A stretch of DNA of 64,000 nucleotides from the IMG/VR virus record IMGVR_UViG_2595698685_000001, positions 32,001 to 96,000 of that record. One strand, written 5' to 3'. The notes beneath the pieces were generated by a model. That model did no database searches and was not told the origin of the DNA. It worked only from the letters and a program-made list of their open reading frames with translations. Positions 32,558 through 43,311 of this stretch are shown piece by piece. This stretch comes from a virus (Duplodnaviria; Caudoviricetes). Both the position numbers and the translations under genes were made by a program. Every line of letters starts with the position of its first letter. The first letter of the stretch is position 1.

Positions 32558-33521
32558 AGATTTTATACTACAGTGCCAAGAAGCCTACTATGAGGGTAAA
32601 CCAATCATATCTAATGAGGAGTATGACGCTTTAGTATTAAGGAATCCTCAAGAAGAGGAAGGCATAGGGGTGGAAGGTGACCAACCCCATCTATACCGAA
32701 TGTATTCTCTTCAAAAGGTTTACCCAAATAGAGGGGACAGTACAGATATTCTAGAAGGCAATATGCTTATAGAAACCCCTAAAATTGATGGCTGTGCTAT
32801 TTCTCTCCTGTATATTAAGGGAAAATTAGTTCAGGCGTTAACTCGTGGAAATGGTACTAAAGGTAAAGATGTTACCCTTAATGCGCGTCAACTAAATATT
32901 CCACGAACTATTAGTAGACTTCAGCCTACACAGATCACTGGAGAAGTTGTAGTAACAAAAGAAGTGGAAAACATGCGTAACTATGCTTCAGGGGCTATGG
33001 GATTAAAGGACTATGACGCTTTCTTAGGCAAGATCATGGAAGGGGGACTAGTATTCGTAGCGTATGGAGTACAGGAAAGCACTTCTTATGTAGGTATTAC
33101 TGATTCTTATCGCTGGGACTTAAGACTTCTAGTAGAAGAAGGGTTTCTTACTGTAGGGGATATTGATCTGCATTTTAATTGGTATCCTACGGATGGTACG
33201 GTGGTTAGAGTAGACTACAATGAAGACTTCTTTAATTTAGGGTGGACTAACAAGTTCCCTAGGGCTGCATTTGCAATTAAAGAAGACGAGGAAGGGGTAG
33301 AAACTATCCTTCGCAGAGTGGAATGGGCTACTGGTGCATCTGGTAAAGTAACTCCGGTAGGACATTTTGATCCTATAGTCATAGATGACGCTACTATCTC
33401 AAAAGCCACACTAAACAACGTAGGGTATATTAATATGCTTGACTTAGAGATAGGATGCAAGATATCAGTTATTCGTGCTGGGGGTATTATACCCAAGGTC
33501 ATAGAGCGCGTGTATGACTGA
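32541..33521 (+). CDS. ligA: NAD-dependent DNA ligase subunit A (adenylation and OB domains)
   Basis: MYSLQK, PKIDG, LTRGNG..G.DVT, ATLNN, IRAGGIIPKV. Confidence 0.93.
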   Translation: MKQVIKDFILQCQEAYYEGKPIISNEEYDALVLRNPQEEEGIGVEGDQPHLYRMYSLQKVYPNRGDSTDILEGNMLIETPKIDGCAISLLYIKGKLVQALTRGNGTKGKDVTLNARQLNIPRTISRLQPTQITGEVVVTKEVENMRNYASGAMGLKDYDAFLGKIMEGGLVFVAYGVQESTSYVGITDSYRWDLRLLVEEGFLTVGDIDLHFNWYPTDGTVVRVDYNEDFFNLGWTNKFPRAAFAIKEDEEGVETILRRVEWATGASGKVTPVGHFDPIVIDDATISKATLNNVGYINMLDLEIGCKISVIRAGGIIPKVIERVYD

Positions 33522-33566
33522 AAACCCGTTTAAACGATTTCCTTTAGTGAATTAATAAAACATCGT

Positions 33567-33682
33567 TGACATTTACGCCGACACACTGTATACTATTATT
33601 CATTGATTCGGGAAGGACAACTTAAGAGCGAGCAAATACAGGAAAAATTGTATTTGCTTTCAAAGCTAAGAGTTGTTATAAT
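33567..33682 (+). promoter_or_regulatory. tandem sigma70 promoters between the ligase halves
   Basis: TTGACA-17-TATACT and TTGCTT-17-TATAAT. Confidence 0.7.
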
Positions 33683-33712
33683 ATATGTATAGTGATTAGT
33701 AAGGAACCTCAA

Positions 33713-34462
33713 TTGAAAATTGAAATACCAACACACTGTCCTTCCTGCGGAGGTAAACTTGAACTAGTTGAGGCTCAATTGTTTTGTAGAAACAAAGATG
33801 CCTGCCCCGCACAATCCTCAAAACTTCTAGAACAGTTTTGCAAGAAACTAAAGCTAAAAGGTTTTGGGCCACAAACACTAGCTAAGCTAGGGATTAGTTC
33901 TATATCAGAACTGTGGTTTTTAACAAAGGAAGATCTAACACTAGCAGTAGGAGCAAAAGTAGCAGCTAAACTAGAAATAGAGTTAGCAACTAAACTTAAA
34001 ACTGCTGTTATGTTTCAGGATGTTTTAGCTGCATTAGGCATACCTTTATTGGGTGATGTTGCAGCAAGGAAGTTAGCCACGGAATTTAATTCTTTCAAAG
34101 GAATTAAGGCGGAAGGTAAACTAGGTGAGAATCTACAGAAGTGGTTAGAATCTACATCAGGTAAAGAAATAGTTGCTCTGCCATGGACATTTGTTCATAA
34201 ATCCAGCTCTATAGCTTCCAAGCAACTTGGAATAGAAGTATGCATTACAGGTTCATTACGTGACTATAAAAATCGTAATGATGCCATCGAATATTTAACA
34301 GGTTTAGGAGTTGTAGTCAAGGCTACAGTGACTAAATCAGTCAAGTATCTAATCTGTGAAGATGATAGCAAAAAAGCTTCATCCTCGTACAAAAAAGCCC
34401 AACAGAACGGGATAGAAATCCTGTCAATCAAAGAACTCTTGGAGAAAATTTATAATGTCTAA
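33713..34462 (+). CDS. ligB: NAD-dependent DNA ligase subunit B (Zn finger, HhH, BRCT)
   Basis: PTHCPSCG...FC.N..CPAQ, LGIPLLG, VCITGSL...SSYKKAQ; TTG start with AAGGAA RBS. Confidence 0.9.
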   Translation: MKIEIPTHCPSCGGKLELVEAQLFCRNKDACPAQSSKLLEQFCKKLKLKGFGPQTLAKLGISSISELWFLTKEDLTLAVGAKVAAKLEIELATKLKTAVMFQDVLAALGIPLLGDVAARKLATEFNSFKGIKAEGKLGENLQKWLESTSGKEIVALPWTFVHKSSSIASKQLGIEVCITGSLRDYKNRNDAIEYLTGLGVVVKATVTKSVKYLICEDDSKKASSSYKKAQQNGIEILSIKELLEKIYNV

Positions 34463-35213
34463 ATTAGTATGGAACGAAGAAAACACTAACACCCTTATTG
34501 CCAAAGCTCAAAACCTGTCTGCTGATGTAATCAGTCAAGAACATACAGCAACAATTGCTACTGAGCTGGCCAATGAAACTGGCAAGGACGTGTCTGCTCG
34601 TTCAGTAGGTTCTAAGCTGCGTAAGCTAGGATTCTCTGTTCAGAAGGCTAACGAAGCTGTCAAGTCTGCATGGGGTGAAGATCAGGTTGCTGAACTGGAA
34701 GATTTCCTAGCTAAGTACCCAGGCGCGTATACCTACGCTGAAATTGCTGCTGCTGTTGCAGGTGGTGCATTCAGTCCTAAGCAGGTTCAAGGTAAGATTC
34801 TGAGTCTGGAACTGACTGGTGCTGTTAAGCCAACTGAACGTGCTGCTCCTGCTCGTACCTTCTCTGTTGAAGAAGAAGCTAAGTTCATTTCTCTGGTTGC
34901 TCAGGGCAAATCTATTGAGCAGATTGCAGAAGTATTCGGCAAGAATATCAAGCAGGTTCGTGGTAAGGCTCTGTCTCTGCTACGTGAAGAACGTATCGCT
35001 GCTATCCCAGCTCAGGAAACTTCTGCTGCTAAGGCTCGTGAAGATGTTCTCGGTGATCTGGATATCGCTTCCCTGACTGTTGCGGAAATCGCTACTGCAA
35101 CTGGTAAGTCAGAACGTGGTGTTAAGTCTATGCTGTCACGTCGTGGTGTTACTGCGAAGGATTATGATGGTGCTGCTAAGCGTCAGAAGTTGGACGACAA
35201 AGCTGCTAAGTAA
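34455..35213 (+). CDS. D5: T5 D5-like DNA-binding transcription regulator
   Basis: repeated HTH-like units (RSVGSKL, KQVQGKIL, KQVRGKAL, RGVKSML); synteny. Confidence 0.8.
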   Translation: MSKLVWNEENTNTLIAKAQNLSADVISQEHTATIATELANETGKDVSARSVGSKLRKLGFSVQKANEAVKSAWGEDQVAELEDFLAKYPGAYTYAEIAAAVAGGAFSPKQVQGKILSLELTGAVKPTERAAPARTFSVEEEAKFISLVAQGKSIEQIAEVFGKNIKQVRGKALSLLREERIAAIPAQETSAAKAREDVLGDLDIASLTVAEIATATGKSERGVKSMLSRRGVTAKDYDGAAKRQKLDDKAAK

Positions 35214-35234
35214 TTAGTAACTAAATAACCTTAT

Positions 35235-35270
35235 AAGGGGATGGGCTTTTTGTCCCATCCCCTTTTCTTT
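35235..35270 (+). terminator. intrinsic terminator
   Basis: AAGGGGATGGG/CCCATCCCCTT plus TTCTTT. Confidence 0.75.
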
Positions 35271-35306
35271 GCACCCAAAAGGCGGAAACCGCATAAGAGA
35301 TTAGGT

Positions 35307-36764
35307 ATGATAAATGTCCAGTCTGTAGTGCTGAAAATGCTCTTAACTACAACACATAAAGACTTAGCCTTAGAGACTTTTTCAACTCTACACAAAGACC
35401 ACTTCAATGATGCCTTCTCTAGTATATATCAAGCTATACAGAACTATTACACCAAGCATAGAGAAATGCCTACGTTAGACGCCTTAGTATTAGACTCAAC
35501 GAGAAATGCTAGGCTATCACAGTCATTAACAGTATTAAAAAGTACTGAAATACCTGACGTAGACCTTGAACACGCTATTGAAGTGTTACAAACTGAGTAT
35601 ACTCAGGAAACCTTTCTAAAACTTTTAGAGTCTGATGTGCTTAATGATATAAACTACTTAGACCGAGGGGAGATTCTAGATAGGGTAGCTGCCCTGCACC
35701 TTAAGTTGGAAGAGAAGGTAGGAGTTAGTGGTAAAGTATTTAACGCTAACGATATAAGATTATTTAGTAAAGAAGAAGATGTTCAACTCAACTTTATAGC
35801 CCTAGGTATTAGTAACGAATTGGATGCACTACTTAAAGGTATTGGTAGAGGAGAAACCCTACTTATTGGTGGATGGAGAGGTACAGGTAAATCTATTATC
35901 TGTTCTAATGCTCAAGTCAATCAGTATAATAATGGAGATATAGCCCCATATCTATCTATTGAGATGAACGAAGTTGAAGTATTTAGACGTAATCTAGCAA
36001 TCATGGCTGGAGTTTCAGCACTAGGCATTAGAAATAATAGTCTGGAGGGAGCAGACCTTATAAAGCTTGCTAGAGCTAGAGCAGGTATGTTCAATGGTGG
36101 GATAGATTTATTGAATGAGTACCTTAGAAAGTATACTCTTAATAAAATGGGAGACTACTTTGATTTAGAGAGTCAATTGATGAAGGAGTACGAATTACAT
36201 ACTCCTATGATAATAATTCATGACCCTGAATTAAGTACAGCCACCATTGACGTAGAGCTAAATAAGCTTAGATCTAAATACGGGGATAAACTTACTATGT
36301 GTATCCTAGACTACCTTAACCAAACTAGACTGCCTAATACTACTATGCTTGACGCATACGATTGGAAACAGCAGATGGTAGTCAGCTCAACATTCAAGAG
36401 CCTATGTCAGAAGTATGATGTAGCAGGGTTAGCCCCTTTCCAGATTGATAAAGATGGTAGAGCTAGACTCTCTCAGGGTATCCTAGACTCCTGTGACATG
36501 GCAGCTAATCTTAACGCTGCTAAAGCTGAAAATGGTTTTGGTGGTATTATGCTTAACTTTGTTAAGACAAGGTCATCTGATGCAGGAATCTTTATCCCTG
36601 AAATAGATTGGACTAGCTTAAGAATTAATGGGGCTACTAATCTATCTGTTCAGGATTTAGAATCAGGTAATGCACAGTTTGTAATCCCTCTCGAAACACC
36701 TAAGAAACCTAAGAAATCCGCAGCTAAAGCAGATTCTAGTGGTGAGGAGACTAGAGATCTATGA
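35307..36764 (+). CDS. D6: DnaB-like replicative helicase (T5 D6)
   Basis: GGWRGTGKS, LSIEM, ILDYLN, APFQ. Confidence 0.88.
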   Translation: MINVQSVVLKMLLTTTHKDLALETFSTLHKDHFNDAFSSIYQAIQNYYTKHREMPTLDALVLDSTRNARLSQSLTVLKSTEIPDVDLEHAIEVLQTEYTQETFLKLLESDVLNDINYLDRGEILDRVAALHLKLEEKVGVSGKVFNANDIRLFSKEEDVQLNFIALGISNELDALLKGIGRGETLLIGGWRGTGKSIICSNAQVNQYNNGDIAPYLSIEMNEVEVFRRNLAIMAGVSALGIRNNSLEGADLIKLARARAGMFNGGIDLLNEYLRKYTLNKMGDYFDLESQLMKEYELHTPMIIIHDPELSTATIDVELNKLRSKYGDKLTMCILDYLNQTRLPNTTMLDAYDWKQQMVVSSTFKSLCQKYDVAGLAPFQIDKDGRARLSQGILDSCDMAANLNAAKAENGFGGIMLNFVKTRSSDAGIFIPEIDWTSLRINGATNLSVQDLESGNAQFVIPLETPKKPKKSAAKADSSGEETRDL

Positions 36765-37636
36765 GTAGAATACTAGACCTTCTAAATGCAAAACATATCC
36801 CCTTCAAAGATACTGGAGGGGATATTATAATTCAGTGCTTAAATCCAGAGCATAATGATGCCACCCCAAGTTTAAGGGTAGACCCTGCATCAGGAGCTAT
36901 GCATTGTCTTAGTTGTGGATTTGGAAAAGGTATACCTAGCATATACCATTACTTTAACGAAAGTATTAATGAGGCTTCGGCAGCACTGTTACGAGTGCGT
37001 AAAAGAATAGGAGAACTCAGGGGAGTAACTTCCTCTTTAAGTATACCAGAAGACGCAGTATTAGTTACTGAGGATTACAGAGATATATCTAAGGAAACCC
37101 TAAGTAAATATTACGCCTTTAATCATGTAGATTGGCCAGATAGAATAGTATTTCCTATAACGGATGCTGTAGGTAGAATTCTCTTCTTTCTAGGGAGAAG
37201 GATGAATGGTACCAACTCAATGAAGTACGTTGTTAAACCTAGAGGTATTCCGCCCCCAGTATTCCCATTAAGACATAATACTCCTGTGTTAGTATTAGTA
37301 GAGGGAATATTTGACATGTTAAACCTTGAAGATAAAGGTATGCCCAATACCTCTTGTTGCTTCGGGACGCACCAATTTACTGCTAACAATATTCAAGATA
37401 AGTTAGCCCCTTTTATAATCTCAGGAACAAAGACAGTAGTAATACTGTTGGATAATGATGAATCTGGTCTAAAGGCATCGGAAGTACTATATAAGCTTAT
37501 TAGAGATAAAACTAACTTACGTCCGGTTATAGCCTCAGAACTACTACCAGCAGGTAAAGACCCTGGTGGGTTGTCTAGAGAAGAAGTCGAACAGTTAGCC
37601 AAATATATAGAAATTCTTCTTGCAGAAGATGCTTAA
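36761..37636 (+). CDS. pri: DNA primase
   Basis: CHC2 zinc finger; TOPRIM LVEGIFD, LLDNDESG, KDPG. Confidence 0.93.
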   Translation: MSRILDLLNAKHIPFKDTGGDIIIQCLNPEHNDATPSLRVDPASGAMHCLSCGFGKGIPSIYHYFNESINEASAALLRVRKRIGELRGVTSSLSIPEDAVLVTEDYRDISKETLSKYYAFNHVDWPDRIVFPITDAVGRILFFLGRRMNGTNSMKYVVKPRGIPPPVFPLRHNTPVLVLVEGIFDMLNLEDKGMPNTSCCFGTHQFTANNIQDKLAPFIISGTKTVVILLDNDESGLKASEVLYKLIRDKTNLRPVIASELLPAGKDPGGLSREEVEQLAKYIEILLAEDA

Positions 37637-37648
37637 TTCTAGTATAAT
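37620..37648 (+). promoter_or_regulatory. sigma70 promoter for the DNA polymerase
   Basis: TTGCAG-17-TATAAT. Confidence 0.7.
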
Positions 37649-37701
37649 ATAATCTGAAATTGAGAAAGCCCTGATAGGCAGGTATTCAAATAGGAGAGGC
37701 A

Positions 37702-40257
37702 ATGCAAATTGCGATAGTTGATAAATCACTTAATAACACCAAGTACCAAAAACATTACAAACTAGAGCAGCATGATGTAGATGTATTTCATATGTCTAGT
37801 GAAAAGGTAACAGGACGTCTGCTCAAAAAACATATTGATATAGGAACAGATGAAAACCCTTTCGACCCTAAAGATTACGATGCAGTAATACTAGTAGGTG
37901 CGGAGCCTTTCCTATACTTTGCAGGTAAAAAGGGTATAGCAGACTATTCAGGAAAGCGTGTAGAACATAATGGGTATACTAAGTTTATTGCTAGTATAAG
38001 CCCTGCACAATTACACTTTAAACCTGAGATGAAACCTGTATTTGATGCTACTGTTGACGAGATTCACCAGATATTAGCTGGGAATGAGAAGGTAGCAAAA
38101 CCGGGGGATTACCGTCCTATAACTAATGAGTCAGAGGCAGAAGATTACATCAAGATGGTGTATACTATGTGCGCTGGCCCAATAGCGTTTGACTCCGAAT
38201 CCTCAGCACTATACGCTAGAGATGGTTATATGCTGGGATTGTCAATGAGTCATCAGGAGTACCAAGGCGTTTATATCGAATCAGATGTGCTGAGTGAAGT
38301 ATGCGTGCATTATCTGCAAAAGATCTTGGATAGTGATGACCACCAGATAGTATTCCATAACCTTAAGTTTGATATGCACTTTTATTCATATCACCTAGGG
38401 TTAAGTTTTGTTAAAGCATTTAAAGACCGAAGACTTCATGATACAATGTTACAGCACTATGTTCTGGACGAACGTAGAGGTACTCATGGTTTGAAAGGTC
38501 TAGCAATGAAGTATACAGATATGGGGGATTACGATTTTGAACTAGATCAGTTCAAGGATCAGTATTGTAAAACCCATAAGATGAAGAAAGAAGATTTCAC
38601 ATATGATCTAATACCTTTTGATGTTATGTGGCCGTATGCTGCTAAGGATACAGATGCCACAATACGTCTACATAACTTCTTCCTACCAAAAATTGAGGCA
38701 AATAACAGACTAGCTAGCTTGTACTATGATGTGCTGATGCCGGGCTGTGTATTCCTACAAAGGGTCGAAGATAGAGGAGTTCCTGTAAGTAAGGAAAGGT
38801 TAAAAGCTTCCTTGCAGTACTTAACTGATAAGTTAAATGTTAAGACCAAGGAACTGTACACTTTCGAAGAAGTCATGGCTTTAGAGAAAGACCAAGGAAG
38901 TCCATTCAATTCTAACTCAGTGCCTCAACTCAGAAAACTACTGTTTGATTACATAGGTTTGGAACCTACAGGTAAGCTAACTGATACAGGTGCAGATTCC
39001 ACAGACGCAGACGTTCTGATGGAATTAGCAAGTCAACACCCAATAGCTGGTGTTCTACTAGAAATGAGGAAAACTACTAAGCTGCTATCAACTTATGTTA
39101 ATAAGATGCTGCTTAACATAGACTCAGATGGGTGTATTAGAACAGGTTTCCACGAGCATATGACTACTTCTGGTAGACTTAGCTCATCTGGTAAGCTGAA
39201 CTTACAGCAGCTTCCTAGAGATGAATCTATTATTAAGGGGTGCATTGTTGCTCCAGAAGGTTACCGAGTAATTTCTTGGGACTTAACAACTGCGGAAGTA
39301 TATTATGCTGCCGTATTATCTGGAGATAGAGAGCTTCAACAAGTCTTTATTAACATGCAGAATGACCCTGAAAACTACTCGGACTTCCACGGTAGTATAG
39401 CGCACTCAGTATTTGGTCTAACATGTAAGCCAACTGATGTTAAGAAGCTATTCCCTGCCTTACGTCAAGCAGCTAAAGCTATCTCCTTTGGTATCCTGTA
39501 CGGTTCAGGTAAGGCTAAAGTTGCAGCTTCTGTAAACGAAGCTCTACTAGAACAGAGTATTAAAACAGGTGAGCCTTATAAAGAGTGTACTCCTGCTGAT
39601 GCTCAAGGGTATATTGATACTTACTTTACGAGATTCCCACGCCTTAAGAAGTGGATTGCACAATCTCACGACCAGATTAAAGATTTTGGGTTTATCTATA
39701 GTCACTTTGGTCGTAAACGCAGACTGCACAATATCAACTCTGAGGATAGAGGAGTTCAGGGAGAAGAAATTCGTTCTGGATTCAATGCTATTATTCAGTC
39801 CGCCTCATCAGACTCCCTCTTACTAGGAGCTATTGATGCTGATGATGAGATTATCGGATTAGGTCTAGAAGAACATATGAAGATTGTTATGCTAGTCCAT
39901 GACTCCGTAGTTGCAATAGTTAGGGAAGATCTTGTAGACCAATATAACGAAATCTTGATTCGTAATATCCAAAAAGATAGGGGAGTTAGTATTCCTGGCT
40001 GTCCAATTGGATTAGAGTCAGATTCAGAAAAGGGCGGGTCTAGAGATTACTCTTGTGGTAAGATTAAGGTTCAGCATCCTGATGTTGCCTGTATCGAGGA
40101 TCCAGCGTTCGCTAGATATGTAGATACACTACTAGCGTCCAATGATAGGGAATATCTAACTGTAGTGGCTGGAGATAAGAATCATCCTGAGCACAACAGC
40201 TTAAGCAAAGTAGATAAAGCAATCTATCTATTTGATTGGCATAAGAAAGCAGCATGA
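37702..40257 (+). CDS. pol: family A DNA polymerase with 3'-5' exonuclease
   Basis: AFDSE, HNLKFD, YAAKD, TTSGRLSS, RQAAKAISFGILYG, VHDS. Confidence 0.97.
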   Translation: MQIAIVDKSLNNTKYQKHYKLEQHDVDVFHMSSEKVTGRLLKKHIDIGTDENPFDPKDYDAVILVGAEPFLYFAGKKGIADYSGKRVEHNGYTKFIASISPAQLHFKPEMKPVFDATVDEIHQILAGNEKVAKPGDYRPITNESEAEDYIKMVYTMCAGPIAFDSESSALYARDGYMLGLSMSHQEYQGVYIESDVLSEVCVHYLQKILDSDDHQIVFHNLKFDMHFYSYHLGLSFVKAFKDRRLHDTMLQHYVLDERRGTHGLKGLAMKYTDMGDYDFELDQFKDQYCKTHKMKKEDFTYDLIPFDVMWPYAAKDTDATIRLHNFFLPKIEANNRLASLYYDVLMPGCVFLQRVEDRGVPVSKERLKASLQYLTDKLNVKTKELYTFEEVMALEKDQGSPFNSNSVPQLRKLLFDYIGLEPTGKLTDTGADSTDADVLMELASQHPIAGVLLEMRKTTKLLSTYVNKMLLNIDSDGCIRTGFHEHMTTSGRLSSSGKLNLQQLPRDESIIKGCIVAPEGYRVISWDLTTAEVYYAAVLSGDRELQQVFINMQNDPENYSDFHGSIAHSVFGLTCKPTDVKKLFPALRQAAKAISFGILYGSGKAKVAASVNEALLEQSIKTGEPYKECTPADAQGYIDTYFTRFPRLKKWIAQSHDQIKDFGFIYSHFGRKRRLHNINSEDRGVQGEEIRSGFNAIIQSASSDSLLLGAIDADDEIIGLGLEEHMKIVMLVHDSVVAIVREDLVDQYNEILIRNIQKDRGVSIPGCPIGLESDSEKGGSRDYSCGKIKVQHPDVACIEDPAFARYVDTLLASNDREYLTVVAGDKNHPEHNSLSKVDKAIYLFDWHKKAA

Positions 40258-40754
40258 TAGATGCTGTACTGCCAATCTATGCTCTAAGACAGTACGAGGA
40301 AATGGTCAAAGAAGGAGACTACTTAGTTGTAGTCTCCAGATTTGATAAGTATATTTTGGATAACCCAAGTTTGGAGGGTAATTTTAGACAGAGAAGATTA
40401 AAACTGGCTATCACTCCTAAGGGGGAGTTACCTTACAAATTATACAAATTAAAGAAAGAATTCAGTACTCTTTCCCAGATAGTGTTATCTAAGTCTAAAG
40501 TATTTATTGATTCTTCAGGAAAGGTCTTTAATAGGCTTAAAGCAAAGTACTATCAGATAGAGGTTAAGAGAGTATTATCAGGTTCCCGACTATTTAATGG
40601 CAAATACCAGTGCTTTGTAAGAGGAATAAATACTCCGTTTATACTGCACCATATACCTAAATGGGTTTCTGTGATTAAGTACAAGAATAGTTTTGTGTTA
40701 TTTGACGTACACGAGGAGAGACCTGAGTCTCCTAGACTACGGATTAAGATATGA
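40254..40754 (+). CDS. hypothetical protein in the T5 pol-D10 interval
   Basis: 166 aa, ATGA overlaps on both sides. Confidence 0.8.
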   Translation: MIDAVLPIYALRQYEEMVKEGDYLVVVSRFDKYILDNPSLEGNFRQRRLKLAITPKGELPYKLYKLKKEFSTLSQIVLSKSKVFIDSSGKVFNRLKAKYYQIEVKRVLSGSRLFNGKYQCFVRGINTPFILHHIPKWVSVIKYKNSFVLFDVHEERPESPRLRIKI

Positions 40755-42106
40755 AAGTAGTTATATCTAACAAGGCTTATTTTAAGCCAGGGGAAGAGTT
40801 ATGGGAGTATTGTAGTCAGCAAACTACTTATCATATACAGCAGCCAGGAGCTAAGTATCCTAAAGCGTATAAGAATAGTGGTAGTATTGGTCCAGAAATA
40901 AAATGGATGCCTGTATCTAGATTAGATCTACTAGAAGCTAAAGGTATAAAAGCTGAGATCGTAGATAAAAGAGTTAGAGTGCCAGTAAATCTGCCAGAAC
41001 CTGTAGTACCTATGCGTCTAGATCAGAAGGAGATTTATGATGAGTGCATAGATACCTGTTTGATAAACGGTAAGCCTGGGTTCGGAAAGACTATCCTAGC
41101 CTTATGGATAGCGTATAAACTAGGGCAGAAGACTTTAGTTATATGTACCAATACATCCATACGAGCTCAATGGGAAAAAGAAGTTTATAAGTTATTTGGT
41201 TTTTACCCTGGAGTAATAGGTTCTGGAAAATTCAATATAGAGCCTATGATAGTAGTAAGTAATATACAAACCCTCAATAAACATGGAGAAGCTCTAGCCA
41301 AAGAATTTGGGTTAGTGATTGTAGATGAAGTGCATCACTGCGTAGCAACCACATTTACTAAGTTCTTGGAAGCTAGTCACGCGCGTTATAAGATAGGTCT
41401 ATCTGGTACATTAAAACGGAAGGACGGTCTTAATGTAATGTTTAAAGACTACTTTGGCTTCACTATATTTTCCCCAGCAGTAGCTAATACTTTGGAACCT
41501 ACTATTCATAGGTATGATGTGCCTTTAGAAGTGTCAGGTAACTTAGTAGTACCTTGGGCAGATAGGGCTACAGCAGTGTATACTCACCCAATTTTCCTAA
41601 GAACATTAACAGCGCTATCATCCCTGTATTATAATCTAGGACATAGAGTCTTGTTAGTAGCGGAGAGGACAAACGTTCTGCTCTCTATTAGAGAGTCTTT
41701 GGAAGAGATGGGGATATTTGCTTATATTATCACAGGAAGTACTCCACTAGAGGACAGAGACTCTATACTAGAGGCTGTAGCATTAGATGATAGAGCCGTG
41801 TTATTAGCTGCTCAGTCTATATTTGCGGAAGGGATATCATTAAATGAGTTATCTTGTTTAGTTTTAGGTAGTCTCATAAATAATGAATCCTTAATAGAGC
41901 AACTAGCAGGTAGAGTACAACGAATAGTACCTGGGGATAGGAAGTTACCTCCCATAGTAGTGGACTTGGCTCTGAAAGGAGGCACAGGATTTAACCAAGC
42001 TAAAGGAAGAGTAGGGGTCTACTATGCCAACGGTTGGGAAGTTAAGTACATGAAAGATGCGGATGCAGCTGAATTAGCAAAAATTGCATTTGGCAAAGAG
42101 TTATAA
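40751..42106 (+). CDS. D10: SF2 DExH helicase (T5 D10, UvsW-like)
   Basis: GFGKT, DEVHH, GLSGT, QLAGRVQR. Confidence 0.92.
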   Translation: MKVVISNKAYFKPGEELWEYCSQQTTYHIQQPGAKYPKAYKNSGSIGPEIKWMPVSRLDLLEAKGIKAEIVDKRVRVPVNLPEPVVPMRLDQKEIYDECIDTCLINGKPGFGKTILALWIAYKLGQKTLVICTNTSIRAQWEKEVYKLFGFYPGVIGSGKFNIEPMIVVSNIQTLNKHGEALAKEFGLVIVDEVHHCVATTFTKFLEASHARYKIGLSGTLKRKDGLNVMFKDYFGFTIFSPAVANTLEPTIHRYDVPLEVSGNLVVPWADRATAVYTHPIFLRTLTALSSLYYNLGHRVLLVAERTNVLLSIRESLEEMGIFAYIITGSTPLEDRDSILEAVALDDRAVLLAAQSIFAEGISLNELSCLVLGSLINNESLIEQLAGRVQRIVPGDRKLPPIVVDLALKGGTGFNQAKGRVGVYYANGWEVKYMKDADAAELAKIAFGKEL

Positions 42107-42144
42107 TTGTTATATAATATTTGTATTGATTAGCGAGGGAAAGA

Positions 42145-42507
42145 GTGATATTTTTCGATTATGAAAAGATTTACATCTTGTCTAAAGGAAACCCCAAGTT
42201 AATCGTTCAATGTCTTGAAAATCTTGTGCTTGAGCCAGAGGCTAATAAACTTTTGGTGGGACACTCATTCATTATAAATGAGAACATAATTACTTATAAT
42301 CCCTTTAAGTTACCCTATCTGATGTTAGCAGAGTATCTAGGAGTTCTTTCTTTTAGAAGTTATTCTGACTATACCTTAACAGGTAGCTCTAGCCTTGATA
42401 TTCAGTCAGTTCCACTCTGGATACCTAAACAGGTTATTACAACCAACAAACTGATCACAATCGATCGAGATAAATTAATCTTTAATGAGGAAATAAAATA
42501 TGGCTAA
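42145..42507 (+). CDS. hypothetical protein
   Basis: GTG start, GAGGG RBS, upstream TATAAT promoter. Confidence 0.75.
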   Translation: MIFFDYEKIYILSKGNPKLIVQCLENLVLEPEANKLLVGHSFIINENIITYNPFKLPYLMLAEYLGVLSFRSYSDYTLTGSSSLDIQSVPLWIPKQVITTNKLITIDRDKLIFNEEIKYG

Positions 42508-43264
42508 GTCATGGGGCGATACTACTGGCGGTTCTAACGATAAAGTTGACTTTCTGAAATTTAACAACGGTGTTACTAAGGTACGTATTGTATCTGGGGT
42601 TCTACCTCGTTATGTTTACTGGGTAAATAACAACGACGGTAAGCCAGCACCGTTTGAATGCCTACGTTTCAACCGTACTAAGGAACAGTTTGTTCGTGGT
42701 AAGGCTGACCCAATTCACGATATGGGATTCTTCGAGAAAGAACTCGATAAGAAGACCCAAGAGAAGGTTCCATTGAAGCCTAAGAAGAACTACATTGCTT
42801 TTGTTATTGACCGTTCCGATAACAAGCTGAAAGTAATGGAAGTTAAGGCTACTATCCTGAAAGGTATTCAGTCTACAATGAAGCAATTGGATCTGGATAA
42901 CCCATACGATATCGATATCGAAATCGAGAAGAAGGGTACCGGTTTTGATACTGAGTATGAAGTTCGTCAGATTTCTGCCATGAAGTTCCAGCAGGCACTC
43001 ACTAACCCAGCAAGTGCAGAATCCAAGCGTTATGAGCAGGATACTAATGATATCCTTGGTGAAGCGCTTACTGATGAAAACGGTGACTTCTTGAAGTTTG
43101 AGAAAGTTCCATCTCTTGATGAACTGTACCCAGTTCCTTCTTACGAAGAACTGAAAGAAGCAGTTACTTCTTGGATTGAAGGCAACCAATCCGATGGTAA
43201 TGGAGAAGGTACTAAAACTTCTTCAAAACCCATTGATCAGGAAGCAGTAAACGAACTGGATTAA
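42500..43264 (+). CDS. D11: T5 D11-like ssDNA-binding protein
   Basis: acidic C-terminal tail, position before D12/D13. Confidence 0.8.
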   Translation: MAKSWGDTTGGSNDKVDFLKFNNGVTKVRIVSGVLPRYVYWVNNNDGKPAPFECLRFNRTKEQFVRGKADPIHDMGFFEKELDKKTQEKVPLKPKKNYIAFVIDRSDNKLKVMEVKATILKGIQSTMKQLDLDNPYDIDIEIEKKGTGFDTEYEVRQISAMKFQQALTNPASAESKRYEQDTNDILGEALTDENGDFLKFEKVPSLDELYPVPSYEELKEAVTSWIEGNQSDGNGEGTKTSSKPIDQEAVNELD

Positions 43265-43271
43265 CAATACC

Positions 43272-43302
43272 AAAGGGAGCCTAATAAGCTCCCTTTCTTT
43301 TT
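43272..43302 (+). terminator. intrinsic terminator
   Basis: AAAGGGAGC/GCTCCCTTT plus CTTTTT. Confidence 0.75.
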
Positions 43303-43311
43303 AGGATAAAA

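Noticed and set aside
32541-34462. Split DNA ligase as a novelty or as an intron/intein
   Set aside because: A two-gene NAD ligase is an established T5 feature; the gap contains promoters, not intron motifs
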